From assembly GCA_964549625.1 (NCBI GenBank), contig CAZJVA010000003.1:12967-76966 (forward strand): DNA of 64,000 nt, in the 5' to 3' direction. A model generated the notes under the pieces. The model saw only the letters and a list, made by a program, of their open reading frames with translations, ran no database searches and was not told the origin of the DNA. Origin of the DNA: an uncultured Candidatus Babeliaceae bacterium (lineage in GTDB: Bacteria; Babelota; Babeliae; Babelales; Babelaceae). A program made the translations under genes and the position numbers. Shown here one piece after another: positions 17,952-26,805 of this stretch; position 1 is the first letter of the stretch; each line of letters opens with the position of its first letter.

Positions 17952-18743
17952 TTAGGTAGGCAGTTGTTTGCGAAGGTTCGTGATAGTTTGCGCTGTATTG
18001 CTAAAGTGGATCGTTATAAAAGCATGAGCACTTTGTTTTTGTGCCCGTTTAATGTTGCGTTTGTTGTTGTCGATAAAAATGATTTTTTTGATATGTGGGT
18101 ATTGGTGCATAAAAGCATGCGCGAACTTTTTGAAAAAATTGTGCGCATTTTTTGGATACCAGGGCGTGAGTCGAATAGTGTTGCTATCAGGCGAGTTTGG
18201 ATAATACGTTTGGGTGAAAAGCGGTTTGCCTTTTTTGGTAAATGTTTTTGGGTAGCGATTTTTGAGAATATCAAAGGCCTCGGGGCCGATGTCTGAAAGT
18301 AGGATAAGCTGGTAGCCGGCGGCTTGTAATTTCCAGCAGAGTGCAACAAGCGAAGCGCGTGGATAAAAAAAATTGCTGACCCAGAGCCAGTATTTTTTTA
18401 TGAGGGGGATAGGAGGTGTTTTTGAAGAAAGAATATGATGTTCGACGATGGGGCGGTATCCGTGGCTGAGTGCAAAATAGCCGCTAGCAAGCGTTACAAA
18501 TACTGCCGGTGCTAGCATCGCAGCGCAAAGGATTATGGCAAGGGTGGTTGATGTGTAGTGATAGGTAAGTAAGGCGAGAAGCCCTATGGAGAGTGCTAGC
18601 GCTCCTAGTTTGGCGTAATTAAAGGTGAATAGTACACCATGTAGATCGATTGCAATAACGATCTGATCGGGTAGAAGTAGTTCTTTTTTTTGTGTCATGA
18701 CCGACTCGTGTTTTTGTTGGAAACTTAGTACTATGGGTAGCAT
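17952..18743 (-). CDS. Hypothetical membrane protein, possibly a degenerate HAD-like fold
   Basis: 263-aa ORF. IAIDLHGVLF resembles HAD motif I but with DLH instead of DxD. Two TM segments follow, then LILLSDIG and IIFIDNNKRN (motif IV-like). The assignment is weak. Confidence 0.5.
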   Translation of the reverse strand: MLPIVLSFQQKHESVMTQKKELLLPDQIVIAIDLHGVLFTFNYAKLGALALSIGLLALLTYHYTSTTLAIILCAAMLAPAVFVTLASGYFALSHGYRPIVEHHILSSKTPPIPLIKKYWLWVSNFFYPRASLVALCWKLQAAGYQLILLSDIGPEAFDILKNRYPKTFTKKGKPLFTQTYYPNSPDSNTIRLTPWYPKNAHNFFKKFAHAFMHQYPHIKKIIFIDNNKRNIKRAQKQSAHAFITIHFSNTAQTITNLRKQLPT

Positions 18744-18772
18744 AGGAGCGGATAAAAAAACAAGGAGTTTTT

Positions 18773-19420
18773 ATGAACCGGTGCCGCAATGCGGTTAGCT
18801 TATTACTAGTAATTATGCTTAATATTTGTATAAGTTCTAGTTCCTTGTTTTCATTTTCACTGCTTGGGTCTTACCAGCTTTCTTTAGCTGGATCCGCATT
18901 GGCGCTATTGGCAATTGGCGGTTTTTCAGGGTTTTCATCAGCCATATCTTTTTGGTTAGGACGAGGTCTTTTACGTATAGCTTTGCATGGGGCAGGTTCT
19001 GCATTCGGTTTTTTGAATGGCTTGCCTACATTGGTGGGAGTTGCCGCTATGAATTATCCTCGATTGGTCGTTGTGCTGGTTGTAGGCGGTAGTGTGGCTT
19101 TTTGGTTACATCCGGTCGGTTTGCAGGCTGCAGCGTATCCACTTTTGTGGGTGATTCCTCTTTTGGCTCTTTTTGGCAAAGGTGTTGCTGCGCGCATGAT
19201 TATAGGCAGCTTTTGTGCTCATATTGTTGGTTCTCTAATTTGGTTGTATGCGGGTTTTTTAGTTTCTCCGGCTGCATGGATATTGTTGATACCGCGGGTA
19301 CTTGTTGAACGCGTAAGTCTTGCAGCGGTAGCTTTGCTGGTTAGTGTTATTAGTAGCGGTTTTTCGAGAAGTTTTTATAATCAAAAGATTGAGAAACAGC
19401 CTGTTTGTGATGTGCCTTGA
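18773..19420 (+). CDS. Hypothetical polytopic membrane protein, coupled to uppS
   Basis: AAGGAG lies 6 nt upstream of ATG 18773. The 215-aa product has 5-6 hydrophobic segments, and its stop overlaps the uppS start (TGATG). Confidence 0.65.
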   Translation: MNRCRNAVSLLLVIMLNICISSSSLFSFSLLGSYQLSLAGSALALLAIGGFSGFSSAISFWLGRGLLRIALHGAGSAFGFLNGLPTLVGVAAMNYPRLVVVLVVGGSVAFWLHPVGLQAAAYPLLWVIPLLALFGKGVAARMIIGSFCAHIVGSLIWLYAGFLVSPAAWILLIPRVLVERVSLAAVALLVSVISSGFSRSFYNQKIEKQPVCDVP

Positions 19421-20262
19421 TGTTGAGAAGTGGTATGAAACGATTTTTTCATGGAGTTGTAGTCGTATTGTGTGCAATAGGGGCCATTCAGCTTGGTGTG
19501 CTCGGGTATAATAGTGTTTTTTCTTTACTGCACGCGCAACCTCGCTCGCCGGTGATCGATGGCAATGCGGGGGTAAGACATATTGCTTTTATTATGGATG
19601 GTAACCGTAGATGGGCTAAAGACCGTAAGCTTATGCCATGGGATGGACATAGAAGCGGTGTGGGGCCGGTGAAGGAAGCTGTGTTGTTTTGTTTGGCGCA
19701 TGGTATAGAATTTTTATCGTTGTATGCCTTTTCTCTAGAAAATTTTAAGCGAAGCCGTGATGAGTTACTTCATCTTTTTGATGTGGTTGAAACAGGCTTG
19801 TCTCCTCGAGATATTCAAGAGCTTGCCCAGCATGGGGTAAAGATTTGTTTTGTTGGTGATCGGAGTCTTTTTCCACCGCGATTGGTAAAAACAATAACGG
19901 CTATTGAAGATGCAACAAAAGAGGGCACCAAGCTCGTTGTTAATATACTTTTTTGTTATGGAGGGCATCAGGAGTTGCGTAATGCTGCACAGCGATTGGC
20001 TGCCGCAGTTGCTAATGGTGCATTGCGGCCCTCAGAGATCACGGAAGACCACTTTGCAAAACATTTGTGGACGGGAAATTGCCCACCGCCAGATATGGTT
20101 GTTCGTTCTGGGGGAGAGCGGCGTCTAAGTAACTTTATGCCATGGCAGACAGCGTATAGTGAGCTTTTCTTTGTTGATACTTATTGGCCAGCAATTACAA
20201 GAGCTGATTTTGAGGCGCTTTTGGTGGCCTTTGATCGCAGAAAGCGCAATTTTGGGGCATAA
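19420..20262 (+). CDS. uppS: Undecaprenyl-diphosphate synthase (cis-prenyltransferase) with an extra N-terminal hydrophobic helix
   Basis: Motifs present: HIAFIMDGNRRWAK, FSLENFKRS, VRSGGERRLSNFMPWQTAYSELFF. The start could also be ATG 19435; the track starts at TTG 19417. Confidence 0.9.
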   Translation: MLRSGMKRFFHGVVVVLCAIGAIQLGVLGYNSVFSLLHAQPRSPVIDGNAGVRHIAFIMDGNRRWAKDRKLMPWDGHRSGVGPVKEAVLFCLAHGIEFLSLYAFSLENFKRSRDELLHLFDVVETGLSPRDIQELAQHGVKICFVGDRSLFPPRLVKTITAIEDATKEGTKLVVNILFCYGGHQELRNAAQRLAAAVANGALRPSEITEDHFAKHLWTGNCPPPDMVVRSGGERRLSNFMPWQTAYSELFFVDTYWPAITRADFEALLVAFDRRKRNFGA

Positions 20263-20264
20263 GC

Positions 20265-20963
20265 TTAGCCAACCTCTAGTTGAAATGTTGGGGGTGAGGT
20301 TTGGGTGATAATTGTTCCTGCGATTGGGCGTTGCTTCTTGATTTTTTCTATTGTTTTATTTTTTGCTCTAATTATTTGGTAGGGGATGTTTTTTGCTTCC
20401 AAAATATTTTTGGCTTCGTCAGGGTGAAGCATTTGAAGGTCAGGTGTTACCAGATGGCTTTCCTGTTGTCCTGTTGATACATAGAGGATAAGGCCTTCTG
20501 TTGGGATGGGTTCGCCCGCATGTGGAAATTGTGCGATGATAGTTCCTTTAGGATGAATGTGTTCGATTGCGAAGGTTTTTATGAGCGTGTGTTCGGAGAA
20601 GGCTATTTTTTTTGCTTGCTCTAGTGATAGTCCGACAAGGTTTGGTGACTTGGGTGGGATAATGGCCTTTGAAACGACCAGGAAAATTGGCTGTTTCTCT
20701 TTGATCTGCTGTCCGGGTCTAGGATTTTGTTCAATAATAGTTCCTGGAGTGCAGGTGGCGTCTTCGCGCTGTTCAAGTATGTGTGGATGTAGATTGTGTT
20801 GAGAGAGGGTGATAATGCCGTCTGCAATTGAACAGCCGATGATAGAAGGGGCGGAAAATGTTTCCTTTTTGCCTAGATGAGAAAGAAGGAGGAAGGTTGC
20901 AAGACAAGCAATAAATGGCGTACTAAAGTAAAGGGTGCTTTTTAGCATTGCTATTCCAATCAT
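20265..20963 (-). CDS. Membrane-anchored protein with three PASTA-like repeats and no kinase or PBP domain
   Basis: N-terminal TM is FSTPFIACLATFLLLSHL. Three units of about 65 aa follow, each ending in G(T)II.Q.P..G: PSIIGCSIADGI...PGTIIEQNPRPGQQI, PNLVGLSLEQAKKI...KGTIIAQFPHAGEPI and TPDLQMLHPDEAKNIL...AGTIITQTSP. Confidence 0.7.
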   Translation of the reverse strand: MIGIAMLKSTLYFSTPFIACLATFLLLSHLGKKETFSAPSIIGCSIADGIITLSQHNLHPHILEQREDATCTPGTIIEQNPRPGQQIKEKQPIFLVVSKAIIPPKSPNLVGLSLEQAKKIAFSEHTLIKTFAIEHIHPKGTIIAQFPHAGEPIPTEGLILYVSTGQQESHLVTPDLQMLHPDEAKNILEAKNIPYQIIRAKNKTIEKIKKQRPIAGTIITQTSPPTFQLEVG

Positions 20964-20967
20964 GTAA

Positions 20968-21343
20968 GCTCTGGTTTGCGGTAGTCAATAAGCCGGATTC
21001 TGTATCAGAAGATCTGATGGCAATCATGTATCTAGGCGGCCTACCCGTGTATTTATCTCAAGATGTCTCCATCCTGACAGAACGAAAAAACTGTATACAC
21101 TGTTTGGCCTTGCTCCGAGCGGGGTTTGCCCCCATATACTATTACTAGCATATGTCGTGTGCTCTTACCACACGTTTTCACCCTTACCTTACTAACAATA
21201 TGTTGGTCGGGCGGTTGTTTTCTGTGGCACTTTCCATAGGCTTACGCCTTCCGAGCTTGCGCTCGGCGCTCTTTTCGTTAGGAGTCCGGACTTTCCTCAA
21301 GAGTTTCCTCCTGCGATTGTCTTTCGTACCGTATTCCAAAGCA
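20968..21343 (-). ncRNA. rnpB: RNase P RNA, bacterial type A (ends approximate)
   Basis: The minus strand contains these elements in canonical order: GAGGAAAGTCCGGACTCC, GAAAGTGCCACAGAAAACAACCGCC, GGTAAGGGTGAAAACGTGTGGTAAGAGCAC, CGGAGCAAGGCCAAAC, GGGTAGGCCGCCTAGAT and ACAGAATCCGGCTTAT. A P1-like pairing joins 21321-21341 to 20970-20990. Confidence 0.93.
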
Positions 21344-21746
21344 ATGCTACTAAAAGCACTGTCGTCAGTATACCAAACCAGGATATTTTTGTCGATGCGT
21401 TACAATTGATGGCGAAAAAGGCGATATTGGCGGCGAGCAGAACAGGTATGAAAAGATAAAGTCGCGGTAGAAAGAGTGCACGAAACCAGGGAGCTATGAA
21501 TAATAGGGTGAACAGCAAAATTAGGGTGCCGGTTGTGTTGATGTTGTATATAGCGCTATTTGCGCTTGCGAGAAATATGATGGGCAGAGTGCAGGACCAG
21601 GAATAAGGGACAAAGAGTAGCGCGCCCATTGTAAAGGTTTGTAGTGGGTAAAATGTCGAAAGTGGTGAGTTTACATATATAAGTTCTATGAGGAAAAGCA
21701 GGGTGCTTAGGAGAAGCGTGTAAAGACATAGGTTTTTATGCGACAT
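21297..21746 (-). CDS. Hypothetical small polytopic membrane protein (MreD-like size and topology; unassigned)
   Basis: About 150 aa with 4-5 hydrophobic segments, divergent from the PBP gene. The last ~45 nt overlap the 5' end of rnpB. The start is ATG 21746 or 21767. Confidence 0.5.
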   Translation of the reverse strand: MSHKNLCLYTLLLSTLLFLIELIYVNSPLSTFYPLQTFTMGALLFVPYSWSCTLPIIFLASANSAIYNINTTGTLILLFTLLFIAPWFRALFLPRLYLFIPVLLAANIAFFAINCNASTKISWFGILTTVLLVALLWNTVRKTIAGGNS

Positions 21747-21799
21747 TGTGCTACTATTATGGGGCAAAACGTACCACTCTCATCTTCATTGTAAAAACG

Positions 21800-23707
21800 A
21801 TGCCATCGTATGTAAAGAAACTTTTTAGTATAAGTTTGCTTGGTTTTTTGGGTCTGCTAAGTGGGCTTTTTTTTTATGGAAAAATACACTTTTTCCCTGA
21901 TTTTGAAGCGTTATCATATCATGGCTATGATAAACCAAGTGTAGTGTTGGACGTGCAAGGCAAAGAGATTTTTCGCTTTGAATTGGAGCATCGCCAGCCT
22001 GTTCAATTGTCTGATGTTTCTCCTCATTTAATTAATGCTTTTGTTGCCGCAGAAGATCGGCAATTTTTTGCTCACAAAGGCATTTCTTGGCGCGGAATAT
22101 TGCGCGCACTGTGGATTAATCTGCGCTCTCGGCGCGTTGCTCAGGGGGCGAGCACGATTACCCAGCAGTTGGTAAAAATGCGTTTTTTTTCAAATCAACG
22201 GACTTTTGAGCGAAAAGTTCGAGAGCAGCTCGTTTCGTGGATTGTTGAGGGGTTGTATTCAAAAGAGCAGATTCTAGAGTCATATATTAATCATGTCTAT
22301 TTTGGCGCGGGTTTGTATGGAGTAGAAGCGGCGGCTAAGCGTTTTTGGGGTATTTCTGCGCATGAGCTTTCTCCGGCGCAGGCAGCTTTGCTTGCTGGTA
22401 TTGTAAAATCACCGCAGGCTTATTGTCCGCTATATAGCGCCGATCGTGCCCAAAAGCGCCGCAATATTGTTTTATCGAGCATGCACATTTGCGGCTATCT
22501 AAGGGAAGAAGAATATTTGGCTGCCTCAAAAGAGTTAGTTTTGAGTAGTAATGCTGATCTGTCAAGCCGAAAGGCGGGCGGTCATCTGCGCGAAATGCTT
22601 CGACAATTTTTGGAGGAACGTTTTGGTCGTGAGCGTTTATATAGAGATGGTCTGCTGATTCAAACAACTATTGATTCTTCTATGCAAGAGTGTGCAGAGG
22701 AGACTTTTAGAAGTCATATTAAGGCTTTGCGTAATAAAAAGTCTTCGGTAGACGGCGCATTGATTGTGCTTGATGGCGAAAGTGGCGCATTACGGGCATT
22801 AGTTGGGGGGTATGATTTTTCGGAGTCTCAGTTTAACCGGGCGATACAAGCTAAACGGCAGTTGGGATCGTTGATTAAGCCAATTGTGTATTCTGCGGCT
22901 ATATCTTCGCTCGGTGTTTCTTTTGCAGATGTTCGTATCGATGAACCCTTAGATGAGTTGTATGGGTGGTCGCCGCGCAATGTAACTCGTCGACATGATG
23001 GGCCAATGTCTTTGGCTCATGCGCTTGTTGTTTCAAACAACATTATTCCCGTTAGGCTATTCTTTGAAGTCGGTCCCAAACCTATTATTGCATTGGCTGA
23101 GAGGCTGGGGTTGCCGGGTCCAATGGAGCCGTATCCTTCTTTGGCCCTTGGTTGTGTTGAGTGTGCGCCTCTTGAGGTTGCAAAGATGTTTAATGCGTTT
23201 GCGCAACAAGGGTTGGTCAAGCCGGTCTATTATGTTGAATGGGTAAAGGATGCGGGGGGCAAGAAGATTTTTAGGCGCTATGGCCAAGATATGCCTGGGG
23301 TGCCCTGGACAATAAGTAGTCAGGTATTGTGGATTTTACGTGCAATTGGCAAGAGGTTATCTCGTTTGCGTCCTAACAAGTGGGTTGCTGGCGATTTTGC
23401 ATGCAAGACAGGGACAACAAACCAGCAGCGTAGCTGTTGGTTTGCAGGAGCGACTCCTCGGTATACTGGGGTTGTTTATCTGGGCTGTGATAACAACGAT
23501 TCTTTGGAAGGCGTGGTATATTCTGGTCGGCATGCAATGCCTATTTTAGTTGATGTATTGCGACGGTATTCTGCTCCTGGCGATCGTTTTTATTATGCGC
23601 CGGGTTTGTCGCCTGAGCATATAGATCCTCAAACAGGACGGATGCTTGATGCAAGTGATCCTTCTGCGTACGAGATTCTCAAAGAGAAATTCGTAGTGTG
23701 CGGCTAA
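21800..23707 (+). CDS. mrcA: Class A penicillin-binding protein (GT51 transglycosylase plus transpeptidase)
   Basis: N-terminal TM is LFSISLLGFLGLLSGLFFY. GT51 motifs are AAEDRQFFAHKGISWRGILRA and GASTITQQLVK. Transpeptidase motifs are SLIKP (SxxK), SNN and KTGT. I prefer ATG 21800 (MPSYVKK). Confidence 0.9.
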   Translation: MPSYVKKLFSISLLGFLGLLSGLFFYGKIHFFPDFEALSYHGYDKPSVVLDVQGKEIFRFELEHRQPVQLSDVSPHLINAFVAAEDRQFFAHKGISWRGILRALWINLRSRRVAQGASTITQQLVKMRFFSNQRTFERKVREQLVSWIVEGLYSKEQILESYINHVYFGAGLYGVEAAAKRFWGISAHELSPAQAALLAGIVKSPQAYCPLYSADRAQKRRNIVLSSMHICGYLREEEYLAASKELVLSSNADLSSRKAGGHLREMLRQFLEERFGRERLYRDGLLIQTTIDSSMQECAEETFRSHIKALRNKKSSVDGALIVLDGESGALRALVGGYDFSESQFNRAIQAKRQLGSLIKPIVYSAAISSLGVSFADVRIDEPLDELYGWSPRNVTRRHDGPMSLAHALVVSNNIIPVRLFFEVGPKPIIALAERLGLPGPMEPYPSLALGCVECAPLEVAKMFNAFAQQGLVKPVYYVEWVKDAGGKKIFRRYGQDMPGVPWTISSQVLWILRAIGKRLSRLRPNKWVAGDFACKTGTTNQQRSCWFAGATPRYTGVVYLGCDNNDSLEGVVYSGRHAMPILVDVLRRYSAPGDRFYYAPGLSPEHIDPQTGRMLDASDPSAYEILKEKFVVCG

Positions 23708-23716
23708 TGGTGTATC

Positions 23717-24409
23717 CTAGAAGAAAAGTCCGTAGAGGTTTTTATTGCTTGCGATAATGGGGATGAGTGATTGACCGATTGCGTTACTGAGCCTTCGGTT
23801 TTTTGCTAAGCAGACGCTGCCTAAAGCAGAAGAGACAAGTATGCTTTGATATAACATGATATTATTTTTGGTTCCGGTTAATTCAAGGGCATTTTCGCTT
23901 ACATGCTTTTCTAATAAATGCTTGAAGAATAATGCCGAAGAAAATGACGCACTTGTTGCTAATGGCATAGTAACGCTGTGCAAAAGCAAGCTGAGGGCTT
24001 GGTTTTGCGGATTCCAAAGACTAAGCGATATAAGACCTGCATGCGTGGCTAGTGCGGCGATTCCATGGGCAATATATTTTCTTGTTTTAGCGTCGGCTAA
24101 ATTTTGCTTTTTGTCTAACAGCGCTTCTATGGGTTGCGCAAGGTAACGATCTTGGTATTCGTATTTTTGATCGTCATAGTAGTATCTTTTCCAACAGCTA
24201 AGATATGCAGTTGATGCAAAGCTAGATGCTCCTGCTGCGCCCAAAAGCAGTTTACGTGTAATTGGTGATTTTAGTAGGTTTGAGACGGTAGTTGTTATAA
24301 GAAATCTTTTTGAAAATTTTGTTTCGATGTTGCTTGCGTCTACTGTTTGTAAAAAGAATAGCGCACCCAGACTAATCAAAACTACAAATAATACATGTAA
24401 GCTTTTCAC
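23717..24409 (-). CDS. Hypothetical secreted/membrane protein
   Basis: The track ORF starts at TTG 24499. An in-frame GTG at 24409, preceded by GAGG, would give M-KSLHVLFVVLISLGALFFLQTVDA, a clean signal peptide. Confidence 0.55.
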   Translation of the reverse strand: MKSLHVLFVVLISLGALFFLQTVDASNIETKFSKRFLITTTVSNLLKSPITRKLLLGAAGASSFASTAYLSCWKRYYYDDQKYEYQDRYLAQPIEALLDKKQNLADAKTRKYIAHGIAALATHAGLISLSLWNPQNQALSLLLHSVTMPLATSASFSSALFFKHLLEKHVSENALELTGTKNNIMLYQSILVSSALGSVCLAKNRRLSNAIGQSLIPIIASNKNLYGLFF

Positions 24410-24505
24410 GACAACCTCACAAGTTATGGAGTAAGGGGTTGTTGTGTTTAGTCTTTTTGATTTTTCACCCCCGTAGCTAAATGGTATCTTAAAACTCAAA
24501 AATTG

Positions 24506-25639
24506 TCAATTTTTGGCGAGGTGGCGAGCAATTATTGTTGTTAGTTGGCGGGGTTTTTTTTCGATATCGCTTTGTCGCAAGAGTGAAAATAGATTGGGAT
24601 GTTCAGCAACAAGAGCGCACGCATTGTCAAGTTGGTGATCATTAACGGCAGTTTCAAGCGGGATAACGATTGTTGGCCGTTTGAAAAATAAGAGTTCAAA
24701 GATGCTGCCGGCGCCCGCACGTGAGATGCAAATATCGGCAGCCTGGTAGATATATTCGATATCTGGGCGAAACGCAAATATTAGCGTAGGGATATTGAGC
24801 TTCTGATAGTGCAGCTTTACTGTGTCAACATCCGCAGCTCCCGTTTGTTGGATGATGAAAAGGTCGTTTTCTTTTTTTAATTTTTCAATTGCAGTGGGTA
24901 GATGTGTATTAAAAAAATGCGATCCTTGTGAACCGCCAATAATGGCAACAACATGCTTGGTATCATCGATGCCCAGGTGAGCACGTGCAGCGGCTTTGGG
25001 GTGCAGGTCGTGTGAGGTAAATCGAATAGGGTAGGGGGCGAACACTGTTTTTGAGGGGAAGATAAATCGTGTTTGTGCACTGGCAAAAGGACACTTGGTT
25101 GTTGTGGCGATGATGTGTACAAGCCGCGCAGCGCTACCAGGAGTGGCGTTGAGCTCGTATAGGGTTACGGGAATACCTGCTGCCCATGATGCGCTTGTTA
25201 CGGGAAGGGCGATATAGCCACCGGTTGTTATTGTTTCTCTGGCTTGGGCGCGCACAAGCTGTGTATAGGCGTGTCCCGCGGTCATGAGCATTTTAAGCAG
25301 GTACCAAACGAGGCCGACGTTGCGTGGTATGTTATCAAGCGGGTATGCAATGTGATAGTCAACTTCGTGTCGATTGGCGAGTAATTTTAGGTCTAATGGT
25401 GCGCTGGTTGAAAAAAAGAGCGTTTTGGTTTTAGGATTTTTATGCTTGTACTCTGTTGCAATTGTGCGTGCTGGTATGATGTGCCCCCCGGATCTTCCTG
25501 CTACAAATGCACAAGTTGTTGCTGGAGTACCTTGCCTGCTCTTGGCGAAAAAACAGAATGCCTGAAGTGCAAAGAATCCAGCTGCGGTAACGCTCAAAAG
25601 GAAGGTAAATTTGAGGAGGTGTTGGATTGTTTTGTTCAT
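24506..25639 (-). CDS. murG: UDP-N-acetylglucosamine--N-acetylmuramyl-(pentapeptide)-pyrophosphoryl-undecaprenol GlcNAc transferase
   Basis: 377 aa with GRSGGHIIPA (G-loop 1), IGGSQGS and a GT28 C-terminal region (ISRAGAGSIFEL...P). Confidence 0.9.
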   Translation of the reverse strand: MNKTIQHLLKFTFLLSVTAAGFFALQAFCFFAKSRQGTPATTCAFVAGRSGGHIIPARTIATEYKHKNPKTKTLFFSTSAPLDLKLLANRHEVDYHIAYPLDNIPRNVGLVWYLLKMLMTAGHAYTQLVRAQARETITTGGYIALPVTSASWAAGIPVTLYELNATPGSAARLVHIIATTTKCPFASAQTRFIFPSKTVFAPYPIRFTSHDLHPKAAARAHLGIDDTKHVVAIIGGSQGSHFFNTHLPTAIEKLKKENDLFIIQQTGAADVDTVKLHYQKLNIPTLIFAFRPDIEYIYQAADICISRAGAGSIFELLFFKRPTIVIPLETAVNDHQLDNACALVAEHPNLFSLLRQSDIEKKPRQLTTIIARHLAKN

Positions 25640-26061
25640 GTGACGCAGTTGGCAAAAAAGGTACGGAGTGCGCTTTTGAGTTCATCGCTTTGTACGCGGG
25701 TTAGCACCTGTTCGTGGTGAGGGGATAACTGCTTTTCTTCTTTTTTTTGCGGCACTTCGGTGGTCTTCGCCCGAGCGGTGTTTTCTTTTTTTTGAACACA
25801 AACGAACCGAAGTGTATTAATTGGTGTTTCTTTTAAGTTCTTTTTGATTGCTTCAAGAATTGTGGGCGCGAGCATAAAGAGCTCCTGCATCCAATGAGGA
25901 TCATATACTCCAATAACAAGGCAGTCTTGTTGTATTTTTTCAATGCGCATTTGTTCGTGTAGTGTACCCACGATATGAGGCCAGTTACTCAGAAGTTGCA
26001 TTTGCCAGCCTTGCGTCGGGAGTGCAGTGCGAAGTATTTTTCCAATTGTAGCGGCTGCCAT
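25636..26061 (-). CDS. DUF721/DciA-like protein
   Basis: SNWPHIVGTLHEQMRIEKIQQDCLVIGVYDPHWMQELFMLAPTILEAI fits the DUF721 pattern W..IVG....H......G.L.V.V.....QEL. AGGAAG lies before ATG 26061, and the stop overlaps the murG start (ATGA). Confidence 0.5.
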   Translation of the reverse strand: MAAATIGKILRTALPTQGWQMQLLSNWPHIVGTLHEQMRIEKIQQDCLVIGVYDPHWMQELFMLAPTILEAIKKNLKETPINTLRFVCVQKKENTARAKTTEVPQKKEEKQLSPHHEQVLTRVQSDELKSALRTFFANCVT

Positions 26062-26160
26062 GGTCTTCCTGTGCGTTTGCCATGTTAATACGATATGCCC
26101 GGTTCTAGTGTAGGAAAATTTTTTGTTGGCCGCTACCACTTAGCTGGACTAGATTTTTGG

Positions 26161-26742
26161 TTATTTTGCGTTAAAAAGTGGCCCAATAATAAATGCACTT
26201 ATCTGACTAGTAGCAGCAATAAATCGATAGTTTTTGCAAAGTTTTGTTGATGTCGCTGTAACGATCGTTTTGGTGGCTTGGCGTGCAATATTATTTTTTT
26301 TGGACAACAACCCTGAATTATTATACGTATTGGCGCCGGCCAGAAATGAAATAGGGACCAATGATCCTTGGATGAACGCGGATAGGTAGGGGTTGGTCTG
26401 TTTTTTATTACCCAGAGTAATCATAAGGCTATGAAAAATAAAAAAATTAGGGATGTCTTGGTAGCTTTTGAGATCGTATTTTTTGAGAATTTTTTTTGTG
26501 CTGCCCTTAATATACGCATCTGTAATTGAGGCAATGGTGCCTGCTCCTAGAAGTCCAGCGCAGCATGAGAGTGTTTGAAGTTCAGATGGGGTAGCTGCAG
26601 ATTGTAAAAAGCGCTTTGCGTTTTGAACAAGTTTAGTATTGCCTATTTTTTGGGCTGTTTGTTTTATTGTACTGATGATCGGTTCTCCCTTGAGGCCGCC
26701 GGCAATTGTCAAACAAAAAATCGTGTATTTTAGCTTATTCAT
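26161..26742 (-). CDS. Hypothetical secreted protein
   Basis: 193-aa ORF with a signal-like N-terminus (MNKLKYTIFCLTIAGGLKG). I recognise no motif. Confidence 0.55.
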   Translation of the reverse strand: MNKLKYTIFCLTIAGGLKGEPIISTIKQTAQKIGNTKLVQNAKRFLQSAATPSELQTLSCCAGLLGAGTIASITDAYIKGSTKKILKKYDLKSYQDIPNFFIFHSLMITLGNKKQTNPYLSAFIQGSLVPISFLAGANTYNNSGLLSKKNNIARQATKTIVTATSTKLCKNYRFIAATSQISAFIIGPLFNAK

Positions 26743-26805
26743 TTTTTAATCCGTTTAGATTTTTTATTTTGAATAGTATCAAAACAGCGCGAAATGTCAA
26801 GTTGT

